Part shown: piece by piece, positions 1-13,100 of the stretch
Layout: every line of letters starts with the position of its first letter
Position numbering within the stretch: the first letter of the stretch is position 1
From: Perkinsus olseni
Lineage: Eukaryota
Direction of reading: 5' to 3'
Assembly: GCA_013115125.1 (NCBI GenBank)
Contig: JABANN010000303.1
Coordinates: forward strand, 1 to 41,012
DNA: 41,012 nt
Program-made: the position numbers and the translations under genes
The notes under the pieces: generated by a model
Seen by the model: the letters and a program-made list of their open reading frames with translations, nothing else
What the model was told of the DNA's origin: nothing
Databases searched by the model: none

Positions 1-1125
1 AGTTCAGCTCGGCCGTTTCACACAATGAAATATCTGGCGTGCGAGAACAGAACTGAGCCATCGCACGCCACACAGTGTTTCAATCGGAAAATTCGGAATC
101 TTGCTCTCTTGGATTTCCTTCTCGCACGCCAACGCATGATCGATTGAGTCGGTCGGGGTATCGGTCGGTCGGCTACCTTTTTCCGGCAAGCTATGAAAAA
201 CGCTCACCCGAAGAGCCCTACCATCAACGAGGGCTCCTATTATGGTCTCTATGACGGACTGTCTCTCAGATAGGTATCTATTAAGGGAACAACGCTATTG
301 GGATCTTTAGAAACAGCCGGGCAAGTCACAGAACTCTGTCGTTCAAGATGATATCCATTCTGGTTTTTAAACTTGATAACGGGCTTTTTGCGACGGTTGG
401 CAGCGGTTGAACATCGTGATCGAGTTGGAGGTGGTGTGCGTGCTGCTCAGTGGACTTCCAGTAAAATCGTTTTTCACTGGCTGGTGCCTTCGGCTGTCAG
501 CAATGCCGGAGTTCACCCCGGGTTCAGTCAGTTAGGGGAGCAAAGGGCACCTTGCAATCCTCCGAACGATCTTGGAATTCCTTTCCCGAGGAGGGGAATC
601 TCTTCGCTTCAGAAACCGATCTTTAGATGCATAGGGCTCAGCGCGTCGATTGCCCGGAAATCTATACAATCCTGAGCTTCATGCTTCTCTCGCGGGAATG
701 GGTCAATGGAGCGGGAGTCGCGACTCGTTAACGTTGTGACCTTATGCGTGCGTCGGGTTTCTTCAATTCGTTTAGCACGCCTTGAGTTGTTCGCCTGAGG
801 GCTAGCTGTCACCGTGCCGAAAGAGGTTGCTTTACAGTAGGGTGCTTCGCCTGAGAGTATCGCAATAACGATCATCTCCGTGCCGAATGGACTGCTTGAA
901 GATGACCGAGCCCGTGTCACCATACAGTAGAAGATTGAGTTCGATCATTGCGTTGAACTGCAGACTAATGCTGGCTCCGATCCTGAGAAACTGTTCGTAT
1001 AATAGGAATTCTATAGTACTGTGTGATGCCAGACCTTCATGGTCGGACCTCTTTCTCTACATGGTTGTTGTCGATAACGTATCAGTTGCTTTCCTGTGAG
1101 GCTTCACGCCCGCTCCTAATTTTAT

Positions 1126-3775
1126 ATGATGGAGCGGCCAGACGCAGCTGCGGATGTAGTGGAGGACAGGCTTGGGGTGAGGTGGAAGGGACGAGGTCCG
1201 GTTGAGGTACGGGGCGACAAAGGGTGACTACATTTGCATAAGACACCCACCGTGAGGCTCGAACCCACGACCACAAGGTTAAGAGCCTTGCGCTCTACCG
1301 ACTGAGCTAGACGGGCTGTTAGGTGAATTATCCCCGTTCTTTCTTTTCTTGGTCGAAAATACCGTCAATCCCCTTCAACGTTCTCGATATTTATACTCTC
1401 AGGATAACATCAAGTTCGTAGGGTCTGGAACTCCGTCAAACGTCGCATCCCTCCTGGTGGATCGTCCCGAGCTCCTCATCGAAATGGGAACGTTTCTTAC
1501 TCCGGCCGATCTGCACAAGCTAGCTCGGACCTCTTCCAGTGTAGCCAGTCCTTACCTATCAACTCTCCCTTATCTTGCATCTCAGTTGTACTCCCTCCTG
1601 TCGAGCAGGCTCTCGCCCTGCACGGCCGCTCGGCGTTGCCTTACTCGTCCAGGCTCACTTCTGTGCGAATCAATCCGTCGCTACGGGGTGGAAGGCATCT
1701 GCACATCACTAGGCCTACCACTGTGAGTTCATGCTTCTGTCCGAGAAGGCAAGTGATGTGCAGGCTCCCATCGGACGTCGAAGGCATGCCGAAGGCCGTC
1801 ATGGTGTTAGTCCAGCAGGGCAAGTTACCCTCTGACGTCTTCTATGTGGCACTGGTGCTCCATCGGGATGCGGTGCTCCAACTGAGGGAGTGTCAAAGCG
1901 GATGTGAGTGTCGATCTCTTAACCGCTGAGTGTAGCGACGGGCACGATCATGTTTCATCTGCTGCTCTGCTAGACCATCAATGAGTTCAATCGCGCGTTT
2001 CCGGGGCTCATGCAGTGTCCCGAGCTTTGGTCATTGCCGTTTGGCATCACGCGTCGAATCAGTGCCAGACTTGTTGCTGTTGTTGGTCTGAGGTACTCAT
2101 TAAGCAGTTCTAATCCCCACAGGTACCCTCCCCCACCTGTTTGCTCGTCATGGCGGCTGGCGTCAGATCTACATCTTCGCCATGTACTTTTCAGCTTGCC
2201 GAATGCGACTCTTGCTGCTATGGCCCGTCCGTTAATCCCCTCCGTGTTATACCCCGTTGAATCCAACTCAGTCACTGTTCTCTTCTCTCCTCTACACAGC
2301 CACATCAGCCGATCGATGAGCCCCTCGCGAACTGTATGATTCTTTCTCAGTTTCGGCGGGGACGTTGATGCTCCGGTGAGGGAATGCGGCGGCCAACCAG
2401 GGCCCATAGCTGATCCGGATCACCACACGCCTTCGGTAGCTACGGTCGCCACTATGAGTAACGATCTGTCATCTGATGAACTCAGCTTCATTCAGATTGT
2501 GTCTGTCCCCACATCGCTTACCCCCGTGCCGCTGTCCCTTCTGGGCCCGACACCCCTCCTGCACTCTCTACGATACTTGAAGCTCAGGGAAGCTGAGGCC
2601 CTTGTCGAGGCCAGGGCTGACGTTACCATCGCGGACGAAGAGGGCCGGGTGAGGGCAGGGGCTCCTTTCATCCTTGTTGACTCTCTTTCGAGAACTGGCG
2701 GACTGTAGTGAGTGCAACACTTTAAAGTCGTTCAGCAAACCAAGAATGAAACACAAAATCGACTCACACGAAATCACATTTTAGGGTTAAAAATGAATTC
2801 CAGCATCGATTCTCTCGAGTTCCCTCAGAACGGCTTACTTGCACGGGGCGTGTGAGCTTAACTACATTTCCCTTCCCTGAACAAGCGATTGTGTCAGAGG
2901 CGGAGCGAAGCACCAAGTCGTGGCTCCAGGTACCGCTGTCAGTAGCCATGAGATACTCGATCTCGAGTCCCCGCCTGCTGATCGGCCTTGCCCATCCGAG
3001 AGTCTTGCTGATCAAGGATCGTTCCGGGTGGGTATCTTGCGCTTGCTTGCGAGATCTCGCTAGGAATAGCTCACCCTCTGCGTACTGCCGCTGAGTTGAT
3101 GAGGTTGTGCATACTGCTGAAGTATGTGCCACATTAAACTCGAAACACTCGTTGAGAGTAGACGTCGTAGGCTCTGCAAAAACTCACAGTTTCGCTAATG
3201 CTTGCTAACGTATTTTTGTTACTCGCAATAGCATGTTTGCATATGTTAAAATACAACGTTTTATGTTATTGCGAAAACATAGAAGAGTTAAGACTAACGA
3301 AAATGAAGGAAACTTGAGATCGAGGAAATCATCGTGTGGTTTAAGGACAATCTTTACACAGTACGTCTTTGAAGCTACTTACATCCGATTCAAGAATCGA
3401 ATGCTTTCGGGCACCCTCAGGCAAAGTCCTCTGCACCTGGCCGCGTTCTACGATCGTCATCAGCAGGTTGAGACTCTGGTAGCGCATCTTCGATCTCTTC
3501 TCCCCTGCAGCCTCCTCGTTCAGCTTTCTTCGCCCCATTTCCCCGCCGGCTTCCCTCTAGAGGCCCTTCGTTGTGTGAATAGTGAAGGCTTCACGCCATG
3601 GGAAGTGGCCCGGCAGGAGGTGAGCTGCAGCCGCGCGCTTTTCATGTGCCGATTGCCGCGCTGTTAGGGCCATTCTCGCTGCGCGGATATCTTACGACCA
3701 CCAGAGGACGAAACGAAAAGGTCCGAAGCTTCTCCTCGGCTTCGCTTCGCGTCCCAGATGCAGTGTCCTTGCTGA
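1126..3775 (+). CDS. Spliced F-box-like and ankyrin-repeat protein
   Basis: Exon 1 (1126-1176, MMERPDAAADVVEDRLG|GTGAGG) splices in phase to 1403 (ctctcAG|DNIKFVG...). LLVDRPELLIEMGTFLTPADLHKLARTSS is F-box-like. Later exons carry ankyrin motifs: ALVEARADVTIADEEGR, QSPLHLAAFYDRHQQVETLV, and NSEGFTPWEVARQE|GHSRCADIL (intron 3620-3667). Stop TGA at 3773-3775. Internal exon boundaries are not all resolved. Confidence 0.72.
1244..1316 (-). tRNA. tRNA-Lys (anticodon CTT)
   Basis: Reverse complement reads GCCCGTC TA GCTCAGTCGGTAGAGC G CAAGG CTCTTAA CCTTG TGGTC GTGGG TTCGAGC CTCAC GGTGGGT G. This is a full cloverleaf with A- and B-box sequences and the typical eukaryotic tRNA-Lys(CUU) sequence. Confidence 0.96.
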
Positions 3776-4103
3776 AAATGGTGCAACTTTGGTAGGCGGA
3801 GCGAAGCAACGAGGCTGATCACTGCCTCCCTTCGGATTTTACTCAGTTATTGATGATCCGTCAATCGGTCTTCAGCATCATCATCATCACGACCGCGTCA
3901 ATCATTGATTCTTCGTAGTTGGGCTCGGAACCAATTTCGTGGCGCGTGACGCTCCGTCCTTGCCTCAGTTACTCCCTGTACTCTAAAAAGAAGGATTTCC
4001 TTCTATTCTGCTTCGCTCCGCTCGGAAGCGTCAGCTTGACGCTCGCATATTTTTCACCGACAGGAGATTCTCTGTGGCCGGTACCTATTTCATCTCGTCG
4101 CCA

Positions 4104-7100
4104 ATGATGAAGTGAGTGTAGCCTGGCTGTGCTGTGATCTCTGGCGCACCCCGCTACGATCTTTCCTGTTCTTTCGCTGTCATGGGTCCATGCTTGTTTC
4201 CGTGACGTGAATGAGTTGGTTGTAGTAAGTTAATAAGGTTGAGCTCAATGCCCTGGGGAGAGTCCGAAGCACGACCTCTCTCCGCGCTACATGTGGATAG
4301 GGTTGGACGCAGCGGTCGTTGAAGACTTCGGGATGAGTCGGGCTGATCTAGGTGCGACAACACCGGGGCTGATCAGTTCGTTAGAGACAGACTGATCGAG
4401 AACACAACTCCCGGGTTTTGCCATCTGGAATCCAACCTTCCATCTGCTGTCTTCTTATCATCCGCCACTTAGCTTCTTATGGAAGCAAGATAGGATCAGC
4501 GAAGTCCGCTGAGCGGACTATACTCAACAAGAGCTTTTCGAATCACCCTGGAAGTGGCGACCTCGGTCTGTGCGGATGTACCGCAGCTCCTTGCAGACCT
4601 CAGTATCGCGGTTCTGATCGTCCACGTGTTTCCGAAGCGTGAGGGTAGTGTTGCCCAACAAGCTCCGGCTTGCCAAGGGTTTCACTGCGATGAAATGGGC
4701 CACGGCACGGTAGAGGAGTTGTTGAGAGAACAACTAGAGACCATCAGAAAGAGACTTGAGCTCAGTGAGGAGGAGAGGGAGGCGGCCGAACAGAGAGCGA
4801 CAAATCTTGAGGGTACCACCGACCTCCGGGCAGCTCGCGATGGGTTTGTCACTGACCAGGGACGCTGGTGCAGGAGAGGGACAAATCGGCCGCTACGATT
4901 GAGCAGCTGAGGCAACTTGTGTTCCAAAAGGATGATGGTGGGAAGAATCGCGGAGGCCTTGCGTCAGCGGAAGTCTGAGTGTTTTGTTAGATTCCGGGAC
5001 GCCGCCTCGGGATCGACTTCTGAGCCCCTCTACGCAGCACTCTGAGGATAAGTCGTCCGGTGACCAGGTGTTGCTGGAGAGGAACTCAGTGTCATTGCAG
5101 CACTACCAGGCGGAAAAATTGGAACATAGCAGGCGGAGCGAAGCGGCACTCTTGGTAGGGTTATTTTGCTGTGCTTGCAGGGGGCCTCCTTGGGTCGGGT
5201 CTATCGAGAACTGCCGAGCGTTGGTGTTATCACCCAAACCCGTCCTAAGCGATACTGATACAAACTTCATCTTTAGGAGCACAGTTGGAAAAGATATTAG
5301 TAGTGCTAGGGGACAGGAGGATTGTGTGCTTACGCACTCACAGTACCACACCTCCAACACATCCTCCGTGCCCCTGACCGCGGTGTTCTGTTATCACTCA
5401 AACCCAGCAAGAGTGATACTGATACAAACTTGATCTTGATGAGTACAGTAGGGACAAATATTACTAGCGCTAGGGGACAGGAGGATGGACCCGTGGACGC
5501 AGTGCGTAATCGCAGTTTGCCAGGTCCTTCAGAGCAAGGATGAGACGATAGCGAAACTGAGAGAAGAGAAAGAGGCTGTTGCTGCGGAGAAGTCGCAGTG
5601 GGAGGAGGAGAAGAGGAAGATGACGGAACAAAATGCAAGGCGGCGTCGCATCTCCTCGGTTCAGTCTCTCGTCGAATCAGGCTGCCATGCAGACGAGGTT
5701 CGACTCTCTACTAACGGAGTCGGCTAGATTGCACGCTGAGGTGGGTGGAGGGCCCCTGCCTCGAAAGGGGGCAGGCTCTAATGGCCCAGACGCTCGAAGA
5801 GATCTCGAAATGGCGACTCCCTCGGGCGGTCTCGTCACCGGGCCGAGCCCCTAGTGCGCCTTTCTGCGGGGGGCTGCCGAGTAAAGTCACAGTCGCTCAT
5901 GCCGCGTAACTTGCACCACCCTGTGGAGTCTGCACGCCTACAACTATGCGGTGGCTCATTGAAGTACTCTAAGGTGACACGTACTCCCGCATGTTATTCA
6001 TCATAGGAAATCGAAAGCAATTCAGAAATTCTACTGGACGGTTCAACTCGGCATCTATCGCGCCAGTTTCTCACTTGTTATCGTGTTGAAGGTCAATCGT
6101 CTGCAAGAGCTGAACGACGCGGCCGCAACTGAGTTCGAAGTGCTTCGCTCCGCCGAAACGTCGGCTCGGAAGCAAGTAGGGGCTCTGCACAGCTCGGTGC
6201 TCAACCATCAGCGGGAAGTGGCAGACCTGAGGGCAGAGCTAGCCCGGATGAAGAGAAGCACTGCGGAGGCGGGGGTGAGAGATCGGGGACTTTAAGTGAG
6301 ACAACATGGCGAGCAGGTCCAAACGGCTGCATTACGACCTCTGAGAGAAGAGCTGCTTGAGGAGAACAGCGCGTTGAAGAGAGAGGTTGAAAGGCTTGCC
6401 GAAGACCTCGGGAGGTAGGCTGTCTATGGCGACTCGCCATTGGCGAGCACTTTATATGGAGATGAAGCTTTTCTGTCAGTCGGGAGAAACAGCAGCAGCA
6501 GACGAATACAGAATCTGCTCCACCAGCCGATCAGCAAGCCTTGCGCAATCTGAGAGGTGGCCTCCTCTTCTTAGCTCACCGTTGACCGTAGAGGCAAGAA
6601 TTTCGATCTCGATCATGCGCTTTAGCTCGGGGTTGTGATGAATCCCCGTGTACTGGGAGAACGGTCGTGTCGTGCGTACGGACGTCCGATCGCTTAATGC
6701 GCCTGAGGCTCTGGTCTAGCTGATATTCCGACTTGAATGGTCTTGTCTAGCTCCGTAGTGCTCCAAAATCACTGTTGCTCTATCCTGGGAACCGGCGGCA
6801 GTCGGGTCGTTCGTACGGGCGTTCGAAAATCCCTGAGTGATTTTACGACTTCCTTTAGGACAATTGGCGGAATTGAGCATCGAAATCCAGCGGTGTAAGT
6901 TTGCGGAGAAGGAGGCTATCCGACAGCGAGACGTGGCCGTGGCGGACTTGGAGGCGGAGATGAGCAGGCAGGCAGTGTTGAACTCGTCTGGTCGTCGATT
7001 GGTGGACGGTCAGGCAGCACCCACCGCAAGCGACCGGCAGCTGCCAGACGTGTGAGGAGCTGGAAGTGACGTGGCCGGTGAAGGAGTTCCTGCGGGGAGT

Positions 7101-10100
7101 GGACCGGGTGAGCACACGCTTGCAGGGGGCATCCATTTGGTAGCGCTTGGTGGGTGTGGGTAGACAGGAGACCGTCGGTGGTGCAGGAGGAGGCTTGGCT
7201 GCTTGAGATTACCCATCATCGATTGAACTAAGTAGCTCTAGACTTGAGGATCGTGCCTCGCGATGAGGAAAACCTATTTCAGAAAAGACCTTTAGTTTCG
7301 GAATTGGTGTGCCGAAGGCTCTCAGCATCGTCATTCTCCCAGGTAGAGAACTCTAAAATGGTTGCAGAGCTCCGTAAGGAAGTCCACACTGCTGAGCAGG
7401 CAAGGTACGACCTTCTGGTCCGGTCACAAGCCGAGCTGAAGAGTCTGACTGCGCGGGTGAGACGGGAATCGCTATCTGTTGCCTGACTGAAAACCGATTC
7501 CTTTCGGTCGTCGCCCTCGGAGCTCCAGCTAGCGGTGTCCTTCCAGTGTGATCATGTCCCAACCGCTGCACAGAGCTGAGGCCCCTCTGCGTATCCAAGG
7601 AATGATAGAGTCGAAGAAGGTTGACCGTCTTGTTTCAGGCACATTCGGCGGAGGAGGAGGCAAGGCGAGTTCATATACTGTGTGACGATCGCCAGGCTGT
7701 TATCGGCCGACTGCAAGGCGAATGTGCGGAGCTTGAGGAAGGCCGGAGGGCGCAGAGGGAAGAGCGGGAGCGTCTTTCCGAGAAGCTGCATCAGGTGTGA
7801 GGGGAAATGTGGTACTCAGGAGTTGAGGTCCTGAAGGTAGGTTTTCGATGAGTGGAGCGCAGCGCAGGAAAAGTGGGATGCGGAAAGAGTGTCCCTACAG
7901 AGCAAGCTGGTGGGCCTCGAGTCGGAGCTCGAGCGAAGGTGGGAAGGGAGGTCAATGCTCAGCGGCTTGCTGAGAGACGGCCCTGTTCAGACAGGCGGAG
8001 GTTGAGGAAGTTAGGGAAAGTCTAGCGGCCTTAGCGAAGCAAGGAGGGGCATCAGAGTAAGGCTGGAGTTTTTGAAGGCGTACTGCATGTGGTTGAAAAG
8101 CGCCGAAGTGTGAAGCGGAAAATCTGAGAGTTTTTCTCCTGGATTTTGCGAAATTTTCGGGTTGAAAAGAAGCAACTGAGGGAATCTTTGACTCTGATTG
8201 CGGCTTATCTTCAACCATCTTACGCCGTAGCGTACCTCACCGGATTCTAGTCTCAGTAACAGAGCGAACAGTGGGAATATGCAGTCTAGTCTAGCGCTGG
8301 CTTCCGGTGGTTCACACTCACGGGTGGTTACCATTCGCGCAATATTTTTGGGTAATGCTTGTGGTTCCGCTGGACAGGATTTCGTTGATCTCCCAATGAT
8401 TCGTGAGTATCGTTCCAAGTTCTGTCTTGATCAGTGGAGACGAGCTCACGCTGAGCAAGCGCGTCCATCAGCTCACGGCTCGAGTACTGTCTCTGAGTCG
8501 GTTGGAGTACGACGCCAGGGCCCGGGCTGAACGAATGTCAATAGCTCACGATGCATCCGAGAGAAGAGGTGGGGGCCTGAGTCTTTACGGTCGAACAGTT
8601 TCGTCCACTGTGATCGCTCGAGCATGACGATGGCGATTCTGATAAGTGCCGTGATGCCAAACATTACTATAGGAATAAGTACTGCCAGTGCTAGGGGGCA
8701 TGAGGGTTGTGCGCCCACACAGTCACACCCTCGCGCACCGGGCCTCTACATGTCATTTAAAAGAGTTTGAGGTTGGTTTGGTATCAGCTCTTGCGCAGTA
8801 ACTGATAAAACCTACCCCAAACACCCACACCCTCTAGAGCAGGGGGTTCCTCACGATTTTCTCTCGCTTATGATGCATCCGATGAGAAAGGGGGATGAAT
8901 TGCCCTTCTGCTACACCTGGTTCTTATCGCTGTTGGAGCGACTTCCCCTCACAGTGACGTTAGCCCTGACCGCTGGCCTTTAGCTACACGGCTCGAGGAG
9001 GCTATCGGTCGCGTCCGAGCTCAACTGCGTCATTCTGAGCAACAGCGGGGGACGTTGGAATTGAAGATATCGGAGAAGGGTGTCTTAGAGAAGGTACTCC
9101 TGGTGCTGCTGAGGGCTGGCGAGCGTGGCGTTGTAGGAAACAGAGCCTGATGGTTGCCTCAGCGCGGACGCGATGGAAGAGGCGAACGCGAAGTTGAGGG
9201 CTCACGTAGGGGGTCCATGCCGTCCAACCGGTGCGGGATGCGCTCGCTGATTCTTCTTCTCCTCGCGAATGTGGTTGGGCGAATGAACGATAGTTCAAAC
9301 TTACAGCGATTGAGGGAAATTGGGAGCGTTTGTCTTGTCTCGAGGCTGAATTCGGTTGCACAGAATTGGAAAATCTGAATTAGAGTCTCTCGATCACTTG
9401 GGGCGTGGTCCTGCGACAGGTTGCACTTCCTCACCGTACTACCATTCACGGCAGTGTATGCTCTGTTTCTACTGACTTCGCCGTAGACATCCTTGAAGGC
9501 CTCAGATTGATGAGATGACTCGACTACACAAGTGCCAAGTGGAGAGGATGCTCAGTCAGGTTGGCTCCTTCGAAAGGGCGTTGGAGGCAATCTCACAGGC
9601 CCTTCCTGAGGTGCGGAATCGCCCCTGAATCGCTCCGCTGAGCTCTTCCGGTCCACCAGTTCACACCCCCGACGGGGCTGGGCGAGGTCCTCAGCGGCAT
9701 GCCTGGGAAGCCCGATGTGGGGGAGCTCCTGCTGGCCACGGCTGAGCGGCTGTGGAAGGAGGAGGCCAAGGCTCAACGCCTGCAGACCCTTCTCGAACGG
9801 TAAGGTGGTTGATTTGCTTTCACGCAGTAGCTTGACAGGTGGTGGCGGAACTGGCGGTGTAGCGAAGAAGCGCTGATGGCTCTCGTTGCGAAGGGACCAT
9901 CGGGAGTGGTGTCAAAGGAGGGGACGAGGTGGAAGGGTATGAGGGATACTAACAGACTGCTGAGGGAATCTCTGGGGAGGGCCTTGGAGGGTATGCTATG
10001 CAGGGGTCAACCTTGGATATCTTGGCATCATGCGCTCAGGCTGGTATCAGTGTCGTGTCGAGCTGGCGGCTCTGTCGAGGAGCATGCAGAGCGATAAGAC

Positions 10101-13100
10101 ACCGAGGAAGGACGAAGAGGAGCGGGCGTCCACTGAAAGACCGATATCGCCAGGAGGTGAGCATCGCCTTCGGTGTCGCTGTTCGGATTACGGTTTTACT
10201 TAGTGGCAGTTGACGACGGTTCAGCTGAGGCAGTGTACAAGAAGGCCTTGGAGGGTATCACGACGCGCCTTTTGGACTACAGCAAGTGAGAGCCACGATT
10301 CGTGCGGGTCCGCGGTTGATATTTTCTCAGGCGAATTGACTCCCTGCGGTCGGAAAATAACATGTTGAAGGAGCGGTTGGGAGCGGAGCGAAAGTAGGAT
10401 GGAATACAGTAGGCGCGATCTCGGATACGCATGAGTTTGAATCATGGGGAAGAGAGAAAACAAACTGAAGCATGCGGTGCATCCTGAACGTTGACGGTAC
10501 ACCTCAACGACGAAGGCCCTTGTTAACGTCAAGGGCGCCGCCCGACTAATGTAAAGCTGTTCAGCTGGAGAAGTCTTTTTGAGGCGAATTGCCTTTTCAA
10601 ACTCTGAACTTGAATTCTTGTAAGCCTTATTCATAGAAAATCCGGTCGCGCAAGCAAAATTGAAGGAAAATCTCGACCGAGCTTCCACCTGTATGCTAGT
10701 CTCGGTCCATCTTTAGCTGGTGAGACCTTCCAATTGGACCTGTGGTAATACTGTAGCTGTCATAGTCGTTGTGTAAGTGTATGCGGAACGATCACCCTTT
10801 GGGTGATGATAGCGAGACATCAATGTAGGGGGAAGCCGACGAATACGAATGATTCGTTACTCCGCATAATGTCATTGTTGAGGGTCATGACGGTATGTCC
10901 TGATGGCAGGGGTACTATACTGGCATGAAGCAGCGTTGTCTCGTTAGTTGTGCGTGTTGGAGTGTAGGCAGAAGCAATGACAGGCATAAGTACAATGAGC
11001 CACGTAATGCGCGATGAAGAACGAGGATCGTGTTTTTGTCTTAGCCTAGAGACTCCAAAAGTTTTCAACTCACTAGACCAGTAAAAGTAGCCTGGCTTTC
11101 GGATCTCTGTGAACAGGATGTTCGTTTTGGTGCTTTTCGGTAGTCGACTATATAGCCTGTGATTAAGCCCAAATGCACTCGGGCTGAGCAGACTACTACG
11201 TCCAGTACGGTCCCGTACTATGGGAAGCTTCCCTTTCAAGGTTGGACGACCCAGAGGCAGAGCGCATCTTTAATGAAGAGGACCCCAGACTCCGACAGCT
11301 GCTGGAGAAGTTCTCCTCGATCGAAGTAAGGTGGACCATGGCTGCAACGGGAAGGGAGCCTGTGGCTCAGATGACTCTGTCGAGCATGGCGGTCGAGCTG
11401 GATAAGGAGAACGTCACAGCTCCTCCCGTTGTGGCGTCCCAGCCGAGCTCGGTGTCGCTGGAGGTGATGGCGGCGGGAGATGATATTGAGGAGGTTATCG
11501 CGGCGAGAGTAGAGGTGGAATGCAGGAAGATGCGGGTGAGGTGTGGTATTGTAACATATTGCGAATGAGCTTTGTCGTTCATCGTTTTGAGTCTCGTGCA
11601 CTCTCCACCGAAAGGTCAACCTTCTAATGTATGTATAGGGGACACGCCACAACATCGGGCTGAGAGCTGATCTCGGACCGGATACACATCAGTTTGAGCC
11701 ATGGGGAAGAGAAAACAAACTGAAGCCGGTGTATCCTGAACGTTGACGGCACAGTCCAACCATGAAGGTTGTTAACGTGAAGGGCGCTCGGCTGATGTGT
11801 ATGACATTGAAGGTCATAGGGCTATTAGGGCGAGGAGTGGTATGGTAACATAGTATAACTAAGTCGTTCCTTGTACTCCAGTCCTGCCTCTGGCCTTCTA
11901 CTATAATGGTATTCTCTATGTGTGGAAATATAAGTGACGCGATTGCTCTGCTCGGTAATGGGCGAGATCAGCCAGAAGTCTTTTCTGTCTGAGTGGCAAA
12001 CGTAGGGTGATCATAGCCCTATGCCACCTCCGCAGACTAGGAAAGCAGCACAACTTTAGAACACAGTATTTCGTAGCCATCCGACGCCCGCCCGACCTTA
12101 GCCGACCGTGGAGGTATTCTTCTCGCTCATCTGTAGCAACATTTCGGAGCGCGCAGATGAATCCTTGATAGGTCCTCCACAAAGGTGAGCTGGCTAGGGC
12201 TCGGATAGATCTCGAAAGAGAGCTAACAGAGTTAAAGGAGAAGCTAGAGGCAGAACGGGCTGTGCGACGACCAGAGGCGATGACCGGTCTCGTCTGACTG
12301 GCGCTCTTGCAGGTCTCCATGGCCACGATAGAAGGCCATGCGGCGGAGGCATCGAGGCTGAAGCTGCAGCTGGATCAGCTTCGGAAGTATAGCCGGGCAG
12401 GGCGTTCGAGGGCAGTCGTAGCAGCGGCTTTATCATCAGGCGCTTGGCAGTGTGCATGGAAGCGGTGTCGGTGGATGGCAGCGAGTCGGACGCCCTGGTT
12501 GCTCTGCAGAGGGTGTGTGGTGAACTGGCTAGGTGAGCTATGGTGCTCGACTCTCTCTGCACTTCCTTCGGCCTGGTATGCGTTTGCGGCGATGCTTCAA
12601 CCTCGGATCGAACCCGGGACCTCCTGTTTGTCCCCGCTAACCATCGTACCAGTCCGGTACAACACCGTTTTTACCGACCAATTCAACGGAAATACAGGTT
12701 CGAGCGGGGGGAGGCGGACCTCTCCCAAAAGGATGATGGGCCAGCAGCAGCAGCCAGTCCGTCGAAAACTGATAAGAGGAAGCTGAAGAGGATTCTAGCA
12801 GCCCAGCGACAGGTTAGACAGCCCCCTCCGGAAGGCCCCATCAGGTGCACTCAGGTCATACTTCTCCTACAGGGCTCATCTCCTTCGACGCCGAATGAGG
12901 GTGTGGCAGTCGAGCGTGCCCTTCTGAGAGTCTTGAATAGGATTCAGCAGAGTGTGGAGAGGTGGGTACTATCCGCTCACTACACTCATGATTGCTTCGG
13001 CTTCTATTGTGTTACTGTTGGACATAATACAACACACTGTTATCCGATAAGATAAGTATTAATCAGGCATATAGATAGATAGGATAGAGGTGTCGGGATG

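Noticed and set aside
230-1100. Possible spliced gene on the minus strand
   Set aside because: No consistent exon chain or recognisable domain could be built.
4104-4110. ATGATGA as a snoRNA box C
   Set aside because: Better explained as a start codon plus micro-exon followed by a GTGAGT donor.
6635-6706. Possible intronic box C/D snoRNA (GTGATGA ... CTGA)
   Set aside because: The terminal stem is weak and I could not identify an rRNA-complementary guide; the motifs are short enough to occur by chance.
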